A DNA stretch of 15,906 nucleotides, taken from contig CAYRPF010000071.1 of NCBI GenBank assembly GCA_964426185.1, positions 1-15,906 of the forward strand. The letters run 5' to 3'. The position numbers were made by a program, and so were the translations under genes. The stretch is from an uncultured archaeon (GTDB lineage: Archaea; Asgardarchaeota; Lokiarchaeia; Sigyniarchaeales; Promethearchaeaceae). The notes beneath the pieces are model-generated. The model made no database searches and had not been told where the DNA came from. It was given only the letters and a program-made list of their open reading frames with translations. Within the stretch, counting starts at the first letter, position 1. The number at the start of each line of letters is the position of its first letter. Of this stretch, positions 1-7,986 are shown in pieces.

Positions 1-59
1 AAATTTTGAGGGTTAGAAATGAATGGTTTTACCATTCATAAGGAATTTTTTCTATTTTT

Positions 60-1874
60 TTATTGGGATTTGTATAATTGGATAATTTCTTGAGTCGTAG
101 TTATCTCATACGGTGATTTATCTTCTCTCAATCGTTGAAAAACGGGAAAACGTAAACCATATCCATTTTTATCCGTGGGAGTTGTTCCTGCATCTGCTTT
201 ATTGCTGATGGTTAATTCATCACCCATGATTTCTATGACTATTTCAGGTTTCAGCCAAATATCCGGATTATCTGAACATATCACATCATTTGGTTTTTTT
301 TTTAACTCTAAAGTTTTAAAACGTTCAGTTAAGGTATTCAGCATTTCATCTGAAAAACCTGAGCCTATCCGAGTGAGAAATTCGAATTTTCCAGTTTGAT
401 CATTATAAACCGCCCCAAAAAACGGACTTAAAAATCCTTTTCGTTTGCCCATACCCCAAGATGCACCGATTATCACCACATCTATAGTATCCTTCATTTT
501 TGCCCCTTCTATCCCTTTCATTTTAATCCAGAGAAAACCCCTATTTCCAGCACGATAAATAGAATCTTCACCGATTTTTTTTGTCATTATTCCTTCTGCA
601 CCTTGTGCGCGGGCTTCTTTGAAAAATTCCACCATTTCATCTATGGAATGAAGAATTTTTCCTTGGGATAACCGCAAATGGTCAGAAGATTGAAAGATAT
701 CTTGAAGAAGCTTGCGTCTTTGCTCAAAAGGAAGGAACATTACATTCCCAGAAGGTTCAATATTAAGTAATTTTGATTGAACATATAGAATATCAAAACA
801 GAATAGGCAGACAGGGACATCTTGAATAATTTGGGCAATATCATATTTCCGTCGACGAGTGCTTAAAACTTGAAAAGGCAACATTCTTTCAAGGAATTTA
901 TCCATTGCAACGATTTCACCTTCAAAAATCGCAGTCTCTGCCTTCACATTCTGCTGCACTGTTTTAATCACATCGGGATATTGCTCAGAAATTGATTTTA
1001 ATTGACGAGAAAAGAGAATCACAGAATTACCACTTTTATGAACTTGCACGCGTTCTCCATCATATTTATATTCTCCAAAAAAATCCCCACCGCCCAATTT
1101 CTGTTGAATTTGAAAATATTGAATTCGGGATGCTAGCATCATTCGAATTGGGATTCCTACTTGAACATCTATTTCTTTAATTCCGTCTAAGCCCTTTTTT
1201 GCCAATACTGCCGCAATTTCTCCCAAATCTGGATGAATATTATAGGCATAAAGAATTTCTTCCCGATTTTCTTTATTCCCAGTAAATGTAATTGCTAACG
1301 CATCTAATATTGTCATTTCGGCCAGCCCTATACGTAATGTACCTAAAATTATATTAATGATATATTTGACACTTACAGGACGACATAATCGGATTAGCCC
1401 AAGAATAATGTTTATTTTATTATCTTGTGAACCTTCACCTGATGTTCGAGAAAGGCGTTCCAACTCATGATAGAGGTGGGAAATCTCTAATACTCGGGAT
1501 TTTTTGGATGAAGATGGAGTGAATGCATCTAAAGAAAAGCTTACTTTTTTTTGTTCCCTTCGTTCCAAAATTATCTGAAAAGCTTCACCGACATCACCTT
1601 TTTTTCGGATTAATTCTTGAATTGAAGATTCAGGTCGTCCGGTAAATTTAACAAGGGATTGAACCACCATTTTTTCCGCCACACCAAATTTTGGCCAATC
1701 TTCAATCTCCGATCCCAATCTGCCTTGAGTTAAATAGATAATTTTCGATAAATCGGATATATTTTCAAGCTTTTTACATTCTTCAAATAATTCCGCTAAG
1801 ATATCTGTGATTTCTAATCTTTTTGAAGTTGCGGCAATACGTTCGTAATAAGAAACGAGGTCATTAAAATCCAT
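60..1874 (-). CDS. lig: ATP-dependent DNA ligase, archaeal/eukaryotic LigI type (DBD + adenylation + OB domains)
   Basis: 604 aa. Motif I EYKYDGERVQVH (adenylated Lys), III IFEGEIV, IIIa LFCFDIL, IV EGIMTK, V WIKMK, VI LRFPVFQRLREDK. N-terminal DNA-binding domain (TSKRLEITDIL, GDVGE, LRIGLAEMTILDAL). Confidence 0.97.
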   Translation of the reverse strand: MDFNDLVSYYERIAATSKRLEITDILAELFEECKKLENISDLSKIIYLTQGRLGSEIEDWPKFGVAEKMVVQSLVKFTGRPESSIQELIRKKGDVGEAFQIILERREQKKVSFSLDAFTPSSSKKSRVLEISHLYHELERLSRTSGEGSQDNKINIILGLIRLCRPVSVKYIINIILGTLRIGLAEMTILDALAITFTGNKENREEILYAYNIHPDLGEIAAVLAKKGLDGIKEIDVQVGIPIRMMLASRIQYFQIQQKLGGGDFFGEYKYDGERVQVHKSGNSVILFSRQLKSISEQYPDVIKTVQQNVKAETAIFEGEIVAMDKFLERMLPFQVLSTRRRKYDIAQIIQDVPVCLFCFDILYVQSKLLNIEPSGNVMFLPFEQRRKLLQDIFQSSDHLRLSQGKILHSIDEMVEFFKEARAQGAEGIMTKKIGEDSIYRAGNRGFLWIKMKGIEGAKMKDTIDVVIIGASWGMGKRKGFLSPFFGAVYNDQTGKFEFLTRIGSGFSDEMLNTLTERFKTLELKKKPNDVICSDNPDIWLKPEIVIEIMGDELTISNKADAGTTPTDKNGYGLRFPVFQRLREDKSPYEITTTQEIIQLYKSQ

Positions 1875-1930
1875 TGCGATATTTAATGATACTTACCGAA
1901 TATTAAAAATATATGCTCTAGAGAGAACGA

Positions 1931-2125
1931 TTATTTTTTTGATCCTTGAACTTTGGTGATCAATATTCGATTATCATGAAACAAAATCCATCTAATTCGA
2001 TCACCATCTTTTAAGTTCAAGGCATCTACAATTTGCTTAGGAACGGTTGTTCTCCTTCTGCTTTCCCGGATAGTTAATGAGGTTTCACTGATAAATGTAA
2101 CTTCATCGATATCGATTTTAGTCAT
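1931..2125 (-). CDS. AbrB/MazE/SpoVT-family swapped-hairpin DNA-binding protein
   Basis: 64 aa with the AbrB pattern RRTTVPKQIVDALNLKDGDRIRWIL...RILITKV. ATG start; 56 bp upstream of lig on the same strand. Confidence 0.85.
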   Translation of the reverse strand: MTKIDIDEVTFISETSLTIRESRRRTTVPKQIVDALNLKDGDRIRWILFHDNRILITKVQGSKK

Positions 2126-2336
2126 AGCTGACTAAATCATGGATAATATATAAATATTGGTATTGCACCAATAAATTTTGATGTAATCTTAATCAAGTTA
2201 CAAATAAATTGGGACCAGAGTCCCAAAACAATTGCAAGATTTTAAAATGGATTGAAACCAATATAAACCAATATACATTGGTTTCTCTGAAATCTTTGGT
2301 CTTTTTGAAATCTCTCGTATCTTAAAAAAATGTCTT

Positions 2337-3275
2337 ATGGAAATGAACATGAATTTCTGGTTGATATTTGCCTTACTATTCTTATTTGGCATGTTTATAG
2401 GCGTAATTGCTACTATCGGAGGAATTGGTGGCGGACCAATAGTAATGCCCCTATTTCTACTTATTTTTCAAATTACCCCAGAAATTGCGAAAGGAACATC
2501 CATTTTTATTATCTTCATTTCAACTGGAATTGCCACCATCACCCACTATCGCGCAGGAAAAATTCATTTACCATCTCTTCTAATTATTGCGGCTGTGGGA
2601 AGCGCGGGGAGTATTACTTATTTCTTGATTTATCCATGGTTGAATATTTCACTTAACATTTTTTATCTTTTATTCGGAATCTTTGAACTGTTTATTGCCA
2701 GCCGGTATATTTGGAAAGAATTCCGCTTGCTATCATCACACAAATTTAAAAGACGGAAAAATGAATTAAAATGTGCATCTTCATCCACCTCAGCTTCATC
2801 TTCATCATCTTTATCTTTCTCAATTATTTCTCCCGATTTATGCATAGATAAAAATTCAATCTCCCAAAATGCAAATTTAAAGGATCACTTAAGGCTTTTT
2901 TCTTCAAAATCGAAAAACCGAAATATATTGACAACCCCATTCTTTTTCCTCGCAGGTTTTGCATCATCTTTCTTAGGAATCGGTGGTGGTCCAATAAATA
3001 CACCTGTTTTATATGAAATCATCAAGCTACCTATTTATAATGCTACTGCAGCTTCAACCACTATAATATTCTTCAATTCGATGATAAATGTTATTTTATA
3101 TGCATTGCATGGTGAAATAAACTGGATTTTTGCTTTATGGATGGGAGGAGGAATGATGATCGGCTCTTTTATAGGAGCAAAGTTTGCTTCCAAAATACCT
3201 CGAACTTGGATTCTTCTGTCATTATCAGTACTTATGGCATTTGCTGGTTTAAAATTAATATTTAGCGAGATTTAG
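2337..3275 (+). CDS. TauE/SafE (TSUP) family membrane transporter
   Basis: 312 aa, multi-TM. Two internal repeats each with the TSUP motif (GGIGGGPIVMP; LGIGGGPINTP) followed by AKGTS / ATAAS, joined by a Ser-rich hydrophilic loop. Confidence 0.9.
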   Translation: MEMNMNFWLIFALLFLFGMFIGVIATIGGIGGGPIVMPLFLLIFQITPEIAKGTSIFIIFISTGIATITHYRAGKIHLPSLLIIAAVGSAGSITYFLIYPWLNISLNIFYLLFGIFELFIASRYIWKEFRLLSSHKFKRRKNELKCASSSTSASSSSSLSFSIISPDLCIDKNSISQNANLKDHLRLFSSKSKNRNILTTPFFFLAGFASSFLGIGGGPINTPVLYEIIKLPIYNATAASTTIIFFNSMINVILYALHGEINWIFALWMGGGMMIGSFIGAKFASKIPRTWILLSLSVLMAFAGLKLIFSEI

Positions 3276-3317
3276 AAAAAAAATATAAACCTTATTTACA
3301 CTTTCCTAGCAACCACA

Positions 3318-4139
3318 CTATTTTAGGTATTCTTCAATTTTTTGATCAATTGCTGCCTTCTTATCATCGGAAACCTCAGCAAAACTATCTTTAAGAAAAG
3401 AAATTTCCCCACCATTTACTTTAAAAGTGCAGATTTTTCCATCCATATGCTCAAGGGCTAAAGCCCCATCGGGTTTTACCGAAATCCAAAGGTCTTTATA
3501 CTGTGTGGATACTGCCATAATGACCGCACCTTGTATCAATACATCCGATAAACCCTTAGGTATTGCTGGGACAGATTCTTTCTCCACATGCTTTAAAACA
3601 GGGCGTTCTTCCACCAACTTGGCAGAATGGGATGGTTGTGAAGATTTTATTTCTTTTGGCGGCACAGAAGTTGAAGATTCATCTGACGGCTTAGGAGATG
3701 ATTCCTTTTCTGAAGGGGTTTTTACTGCTGGTGTTTTTACACTACCCGAATCAGATTTGATATATACTAAATTTCCAATGGGTTCATAAGATGCTTCAAG
3801 AACTGGTTCGAATTTTTGATATAACTCAGTGGTTACTGGTTCTAAACCAACTTTCCTGGCGTCAATTTCGATGATTTTATTTAAATCTCGTCCAATAATT
3901 GCATTTCCCGCTTGATAACCATGACCTTTTAGGGATTCCGCTTGTCTTAAAGCAGTCCTTCTAGCAACTAATCCACGTAACTTTCCATGCCAAAGCCAAA
4001 CAGTCTGAGCTTCCTCGTCCATAATGATGATGCTTCTTTCTGGAGTTAAATTTGCTTTATTAAATTCAATGGGCTCAACTATTCCTCCAGAGCCTACGTT
4101 AAACATCATGAAAAAGTTTTTTCCTTTAATCTTTATCAA
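3318..4139 (-). CDS. Gelsolin-like domain protein: one N-terminal gelsolin repeat, P/S/K/E-rich linker, unrecognised C-terminal domain
   Basis: LTPERSIIIMDEEAQTVWLWHGKLRGLVARRTALRQAESL fits the gelsolin consensus L.s.d.fiLD.g..iyvW.G..s...e...A...A..l. The ORF-track start at 4139 is TTG; ATG at 4109 or 4106 is an alternative start. Confidence 0.72.
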   Translation of the reverse strand: MIKIKGKNFFMMFNVGSGGIVEPIEFNKANLTPERSIIIMDEEAQTVWLWHGKLRGLVARRTALRQAESLKGHGYQAGNAIIGRDLNKIIEIDARKVGLEPVTTELYQKFEPVLEASYEPIGNLVYIKSDSGSVKTPAVKTPSEKESSPKPSDESSTSVPPKEIKSSQPSHSAKLVEERPVLKHVEKESVPAIPKGLSDVLIQGAVIMAVSTQYKDLWISVKPDGALALEHMDGKICTFKVNGGEISFLKDSFAEVSDDKKAAIDQKIEEYLK

Positions 4140-4497
4140 CTCTTTTTTGTTAAGATAAGAATATCTGGATTGTGTTAATGTATAACTATTTTTTCAATTC
4201 CATAAAAAAGATTTCTATCGGAATTGTCACTCTATTATGATTAGGATATCTATACCTTAAAATGATTTGAATTAAATATTGATAAATGATTAAAGAAATG
4301 GATGTTCTGAAGTGTGTGGGCTCCAGAACAAGAGGATATGTATGTGAAAAAAGTAGTAAAAAAGGAGGATGTGTGTTAATATACCAACATTCTGAATACT
4401 TAAAAAGCAATTCACCAATTTGGTTTATTGATTTAATTGATGAATAATAAAAATCCTACGAATCAACCATTTTTTATCGGTTTAGATAGTAGTTCTC

Positions 4498-5682
4498 TTA
4501 TTTTTTCATCAATTCTATGATGGCATCTTCCAATCCTTGTATAGTCATGGGAAACATGGGAAATACGGCGGAGATCATCCGTCGAGATTGCGCAATCCAA
4601 GGCCCTTCTAATTCAGGATTAAGCCAAACTGAATGAGGAAAATGTTTCTTGAATTTTTTCAACCAAACTATTCCAGGTGTTTCGTTTTGCTGATAATAAT
4701 CTATTGCACCATGCCTCATGGTTAATTCATAAGGAGCCATAGCCGCATCTCCTACTAAAACCACCCGATAATCAGAATCATATTTCTTGAACAGATATTC
4801 TAGTGAAATTTTCTCACCTTCCCACAATTCAGCATCTTTATACACATATTCATACAAGCAATTATGAAAATAAAAATAACAAAAATTTTTAAAATGGTTT
4901 GCCTTACTGGCAGCAGAAAATAATTGTTCTACCATTTCGGTAAATGGCGTCATACTTCCACCAACATCCATCAGTAGCATAAGCTTCAAATTGTTCTTTT
5001 TGCGCTTTTCCCATACTAATTCGATCTCACCGGCATTCTGACAAGTAAGTCTGATAGATTCGGGTAGATTTAGTTCGGTTTGAGCCCCAATCTTACCTAA
5101 TTTTCGTAATTTTCGAAGTGCAATTTGAATTTGTCGAACATCGAGGATTCTATCTGATCGGTAATTGCGAAAAGAACGCTTTTGAGCCACTTGAATAGCA
5201 GATCTTCCCCCTGAAAATCCCCCTACACGAATTCCACCTGGATGCATACCCCCCCACCCAAATGGAGATCGACCTTTAGTTCCTATCCAAAAATCACCCC
5301 CATTATGAGCTTCGGTTTGCTGATTTATTCGTTGGGTAAATTTTTGTTGAATCTCTTGCCATTCGATCAAAGAAATTTCATCCAATTCTTTTTGATCAGG
5401 TTTAAAACGCGCCAATAATTCATCCAAGGGGAGATTCAACCAATCGAGTATTTCCTTTCGAATATCTACCGGAACTGAAATATTTTTAAAATATTGTAAA
5501 AAAGCAGCATCATAGTCATCATATAAACTCTCATCTTTTACTAACAAAGCACGGGTAATAAAATAAAATTCTCGAATAGAAGTAATATAACCTTGAGAAA
5601 GAACATCTATTAGATCGAGGAATTCAGTGGGGGATGGAAATATTCGATATTCCCTTAATAAATAAAAAAAATCCACAAACAT
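4498..5682 (-). CDS. VWA-domain protein, CoxE-like (COG3825 type), partner of MoxR ATPase
   Basis: 394 aa. MIDAS-like LLMDVGGSM, family motif HNGGDFWIGTKGRSPFGWGG.HPGGIRVGG, YFYFHNC, VGDAAMAPYEL, WLNP. Directly downstream of a MoxR ATPase. Confidence 0.88.
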   Translation of the reverse strand: MFVDFFYLLREYRIFPSPTEFLDLIDVLSQGYITSIREFYFITRALLVKDESLYDDYDAAFLQYFKNISVPVDIRKEILDWLNLPLDELLARFKPDQKELDEISLIEWQEIQQKFTQRINQQTEAHNGGDFWIGTKGRSPFGWGGMHPGGIRVGGFSGGRSAIQVAQKRSFRNYRSDRILDVRQIQIALRKLRKLGKIGAQTELNLPESIRLTCQNAGEIELVWEKRKKNNLKLMLLMDVGGSMTPFTEMVEQLFSAASKANHFKNFCYFYFHNCLYEYVYKDAELWEGEKISLEYLFKKYDSDYRVVLVGDAAMAPYELTMRHGAIDYYQQNETPGIVWLKKFKKHFPHSVWLNPELEGPWIAQSRRMISAVFPMFPMTIQGLEDAIIELMKK

Positions 5683-5728
5683 AATTTCATTGCACCACCC
5701 GATTTTTTACCCTTACAAAAATGATTTT

Positions 5729-6607
5729 TTATTGTTTATTAACGAAATTTAATAGATAGGATTTATATTTCTGTAGATAACTCAAATCAGCATCTTTTTT
5801 AATTAAAGCACCAATAAATGGAATTTTTTCTGTCAGAACCTCGAGTGAAAGACCTGCTTTAAGAAGAACCCCTATCCAATCTATTAATTCAGAGGTACTT
5901 GGCTTTTTCCTTAATTGATTGATTTTTCTGAGGGAATAAAAATGTGTTAAACAGATTTCAATCAATTGGGTTTCAAGTTGAGGATAATGAACTTGAACGA
6001 TTTCGCGCATTAATTCTGGGGTCGGAAAATTGATAAAATGAAATACACACCTGCGCAAGAATGCATTTGGTAATTCTTTTTCATTATTAGATGTTATAAT
6101 TACAATAGGTCGATGTTTTGCTTTTATTGTTTTATCTAATTCAGGTATATAGAATTCCATTATATCCAATTCTTGGAGTAAATCATTCGGAAATTCGATG
6201 TCGGCTTTATCGATTTCATCAATCAATAGCACAACTTGTTCTTCAGAGGTGAAAGCTTGACCTATTTTACCCAATCGGATATAATCTTCAATATTATCCA
6301 CATTTCGTGTTTTGGAACCAAAACGAGAATCATTTAACCGTTGAACTGTATCATATATATACAATCCGTCAACTGCTTTTGTGGTGGATTTTATGTTCCA
6401 AACGATAAGTTGCTTGTGTAATGCACTTGCAATGGCATGAGCTAATAGTGTTTTTCCCGTACCGGGTTCTCCCTTAACCAACAAAGGTCGCTGAAGTGCA
6501 ATAGCGACGTTGACAATATCCCGTAACTCTGAGCTAACAATATACTTTTTTGCTCCATGAAATTGATCAAAATTCATACTGCATTGGTAGAAAGTAGAAC
6601 CCAACAT
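5729..6607 (-). CDS. MoxR-family AAA+ ATPase (CoxD-like, AAA_5)
   Basis: Walker A GEPGTGKT, Walker B LLIDEIDKAD, sensor-1 ITSNNEKELPNAFLRRC, sensor-2-like KKPSTSELIDW. The true start may be the ATG at 6577 (MNFDQFHG). Confidence 0.93.
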   Translation of the reverse strand: MLGSTFYQCSMNFDQFHGAKKYIVSSELRDIVNVAIALQRPLLVKGEPGTGKTLLAHAIASALHKQLIVWNIKSTTKAVDGLYIYDTVQRLNDSRFGSKTRNVDNIEDYIRLGKIGQAFTSEEQVVLLIDEIDKADIEFPNDLLQELDIMEFYIPELDKTIKAKHRPIVIITSNNEKELPNAFLRRCVFHFINFPTPELMREIVQVHYPQLETQLIEICLTHFYSLRKINQLRKKPSTSELIDWIGVLLKAGLSLEVLTEKIPFIGALIKKDADLSYLQKYKSYLLNFVNKQ

Positions 6608-6650
6608 AAAAGATTAGGCATTTTGAAGAAAATACAGAGGAAAAGGGAAA

Positions 6651-7238
6651 TCAATCAGAAAAAACTTTGGAATATTCTTCCACTGTAGGCATCCGAGAAC
6701 CTGCCACTTGTTTAAACCCCTTATGATTAATTTTTAGTTGTTTATTCACAATAGGACGATAATATGGAACTAACTGCTGAAAATATTCAGGCACTTTTTG
6801 CAAAACAGAATAATAATTCTGGAAATATCTCACTTCACCTTGAAAGTTCTGTAGGTGTTCTTGATATGTCTCATAAAAATCTCGAACAATCGCCTTCAAT
6901 ACATGATGCTCCTTTTTTGCAGAAACTATTTTCCGAGATAACCCCACACATAAGATTTGGCTATGAGGTGCCCCATATCGTTCATAAACTATACGCATGC
7001 CTTGAAAATTGATTTCTTGCACTGTTTCAAATTGATTGGAATAAGCCATGTTGTTAATAAAGAGCTCTAACGCTTTGAACATCCCAGAAACAGCATTAAT
7101 ATCCAATTCAGCCTTAGAGGGTATAAATGAATGACTGACAAGTTCAACTCCTGAATTACTATCCAGCATATAAATTGCATAAAATGGAGAATTAGGTTTA
7201 TTGTGTAAAGCCAACCATTGTTCGGATTTTAGCGCCAT
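6651..7238 (-). CDS. Longin-like domain protein with basic C-terminal tail
   Basis: beta-beta-alpha-beta-beta-beta-alpha-alpha pattern: AIYMLD-SNSG-VELVSHSF; DINAVSGMFKALELF; VQEINFQG-MRIVYERY; ILCVGLS; HVLKAIVRDFYETY; FQGEVRYFQNY. This is typical of Asgard stand-alone longins. Confidence 0.75.
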   Translation of the reverse strand: MALKSEQWLALHNKPNSPFYAIYMLDSNSGVELVSHSFIPSKAELDINAVSGMFKALELFINNMAYSNQFETVQEINFQGMRIVYERYGAPHSQILCVGLSRKIVSAKKEHHVLKAIVRDFYETYQEHLQNFQGEVRYFQNYYSVLQKVPEYFQQLVPYYRPIVNKQLKINHKGFKQVAGSRMPTVEEYSKVFSD

Positions 7239-7299
7239 TCTTATGTTAAAAAACCCTCATTTAATTCATCAAATATCTTATCATTTACAAGAGATCTCA

Positions 7300-7350
7300 A
7301 TAATATGCCGATAATATGCTAACAGAATTTTTAAGCAGAATATTTTTAAG
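7300..7350. promoter_or_regulatory. Paired direct repeats in the divergent longin / AbrB-ACT promoter region (candidate operator)
   Basis: ATAATATGC at 7300-7308 and 7311-7319 (11-bp period). CAGAATTTTTAAG at 7323-7335 and CAGAATATTTTTAAG at 7336-7350. The repeats are seen; a regulatory role is inferred. Confidence 0.35.
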
Positions 7351-7394
7351 AGCTATCCACTATGATATTAATAATTCTTACAGAGGAATAAACA

Positions 7395-7853
7395 ATGGTC
7401 ACTGAGGAAAAAATCAAAGAAAAAAAACAAATATCCTTTGGAAAATTAATTGATCAAGCAAGATATAAGAAAACAACCTCAATTCCTGATAAAGTTAAAG
7501 AAAAAATTGCTCAAACACCGTATTATTTATTCATTTATATTCCAAGTGATGAAATCTTAAAAATTTCAGTTTTTCCAATAAAATCCGCTCGAATTAAAAA
7601 GATATTAATCCGCTTGAAAGAATTTTCGCCGGAACTAGTTAAGGGAATTTCTGAAATAATGAAGAAATTCAATTTAGGTAACAGTACTATTCACACTACG
7701 GGGTTGTGTTTCGAAAAAATTAATTGTTATTATGAAACCTACGTTTCAATTGATGATTTACCCATTTCATTGGAAAAATTAAGGAAAGAATTTTTAAAAG
7801 TCCCTCGGGTGGAAGGAGTCAAGATCATAGAAATTCAAGTTACCCCAACCTAA
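7395..7853 (+). CDS. Putative ligand-sensing regulator: AbrB-like N-terminus plus C-terminal ACT domain
   Basis: N-terminal KKTTSIPDKVKEKI...YYLFIYI resembles AbrB. C-terminal KILIRLKEFSPELVKGISEIMKKFNL...IHTTG...YYETYVS...LEKLRKEFLKVPRVEGVKII fits the ACT beta-alpha-beta-beta-alpha-beta fold. GAGG lies upstream of the ATG. Confidence 0.62.
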   Translation: MVTEEKIKEKKQISFGKLIDQARYKKTTSIPDKVKEKIAQTPYYLFIYIPSDEILKISVFPIKSARIKKILIRLKEFSPELVKGISEIMKKFNLGNSTIHTTGLCFEKINCYYETYVSIDDLPISLEKLRKEFLKVPRVEGVKIIEIQVTPT

Positions 7854-7883
7854 AACCCTAAACCCCTAAAACCCTAAAACCCC
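7849..7883. repeat. 8-bp tandem repeat (CCTAAAAC)x4, telomere-like TTTTAGGG on the minus strand; G-quadruplex-capable
   Basis: Units cctaaaac (7849-7856), cctaaacc (7857-7864), cctaaaac (7865-7872), cctaaaac (7873-7880), then ccc. Overlaps the stop codon of 7395..7853. Confidence 0.9.
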
Positions 7884-7986
7884 AATAAAATTATCTCGTT
7901 TTTTAAAATTGATTAATAACTAACTTTAAAATTAAATAAATCTAATCCTAATAAACCAACGGGATGACTGAAAAAGAGGATTATAC

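Noticed and set aside
175-1180. ORFs 175..399 and 992..1180 (+)
   Set aside because: Antisense shadows within DNA ligase with no recognisable motifs.
1931-2125. Type II toxin-antitoxin module
   Set aside because: No adjacent toxin ORF (PIN/MazF) is present.
2198-2845. ORFs 2198..2392 (-), 2330..2656 (+) and 2663..2845 (-)
   Set aside because: They overlap the TauE gene in other frames; the acidic 60-aa ORF is just the antisense of the Ser run.
3318-5682. Adjacent VWA and gelsolin genes (plus longins and an Arf-related GTPase) as a split Sec23/24-Sar1-Sec22 proto-COPII
   Set aside because: The VWA protein has the CoxE/COG3825 signature and a cognate MoxR partner. It lacks the Sec23/24 zinc finger, beta-barrel and helical domains, and the GTPase is MglA-type, not Sar1.
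3427-7012. ORFs 3427..3789 (+), 4186..4410 (-) and 6764..7012 (+)
   Set aside because: The first and last are antisense to better-supported genes. 4186..4410 has a non-ATG start, no motif and atypical composition.
7849-7883. CRISPR array, true telomere or eukaryotic contamination
   Set aside because: Only four 8-bp units with no spacers, internal to a colinear, intron-free prokaryotic gene layout.
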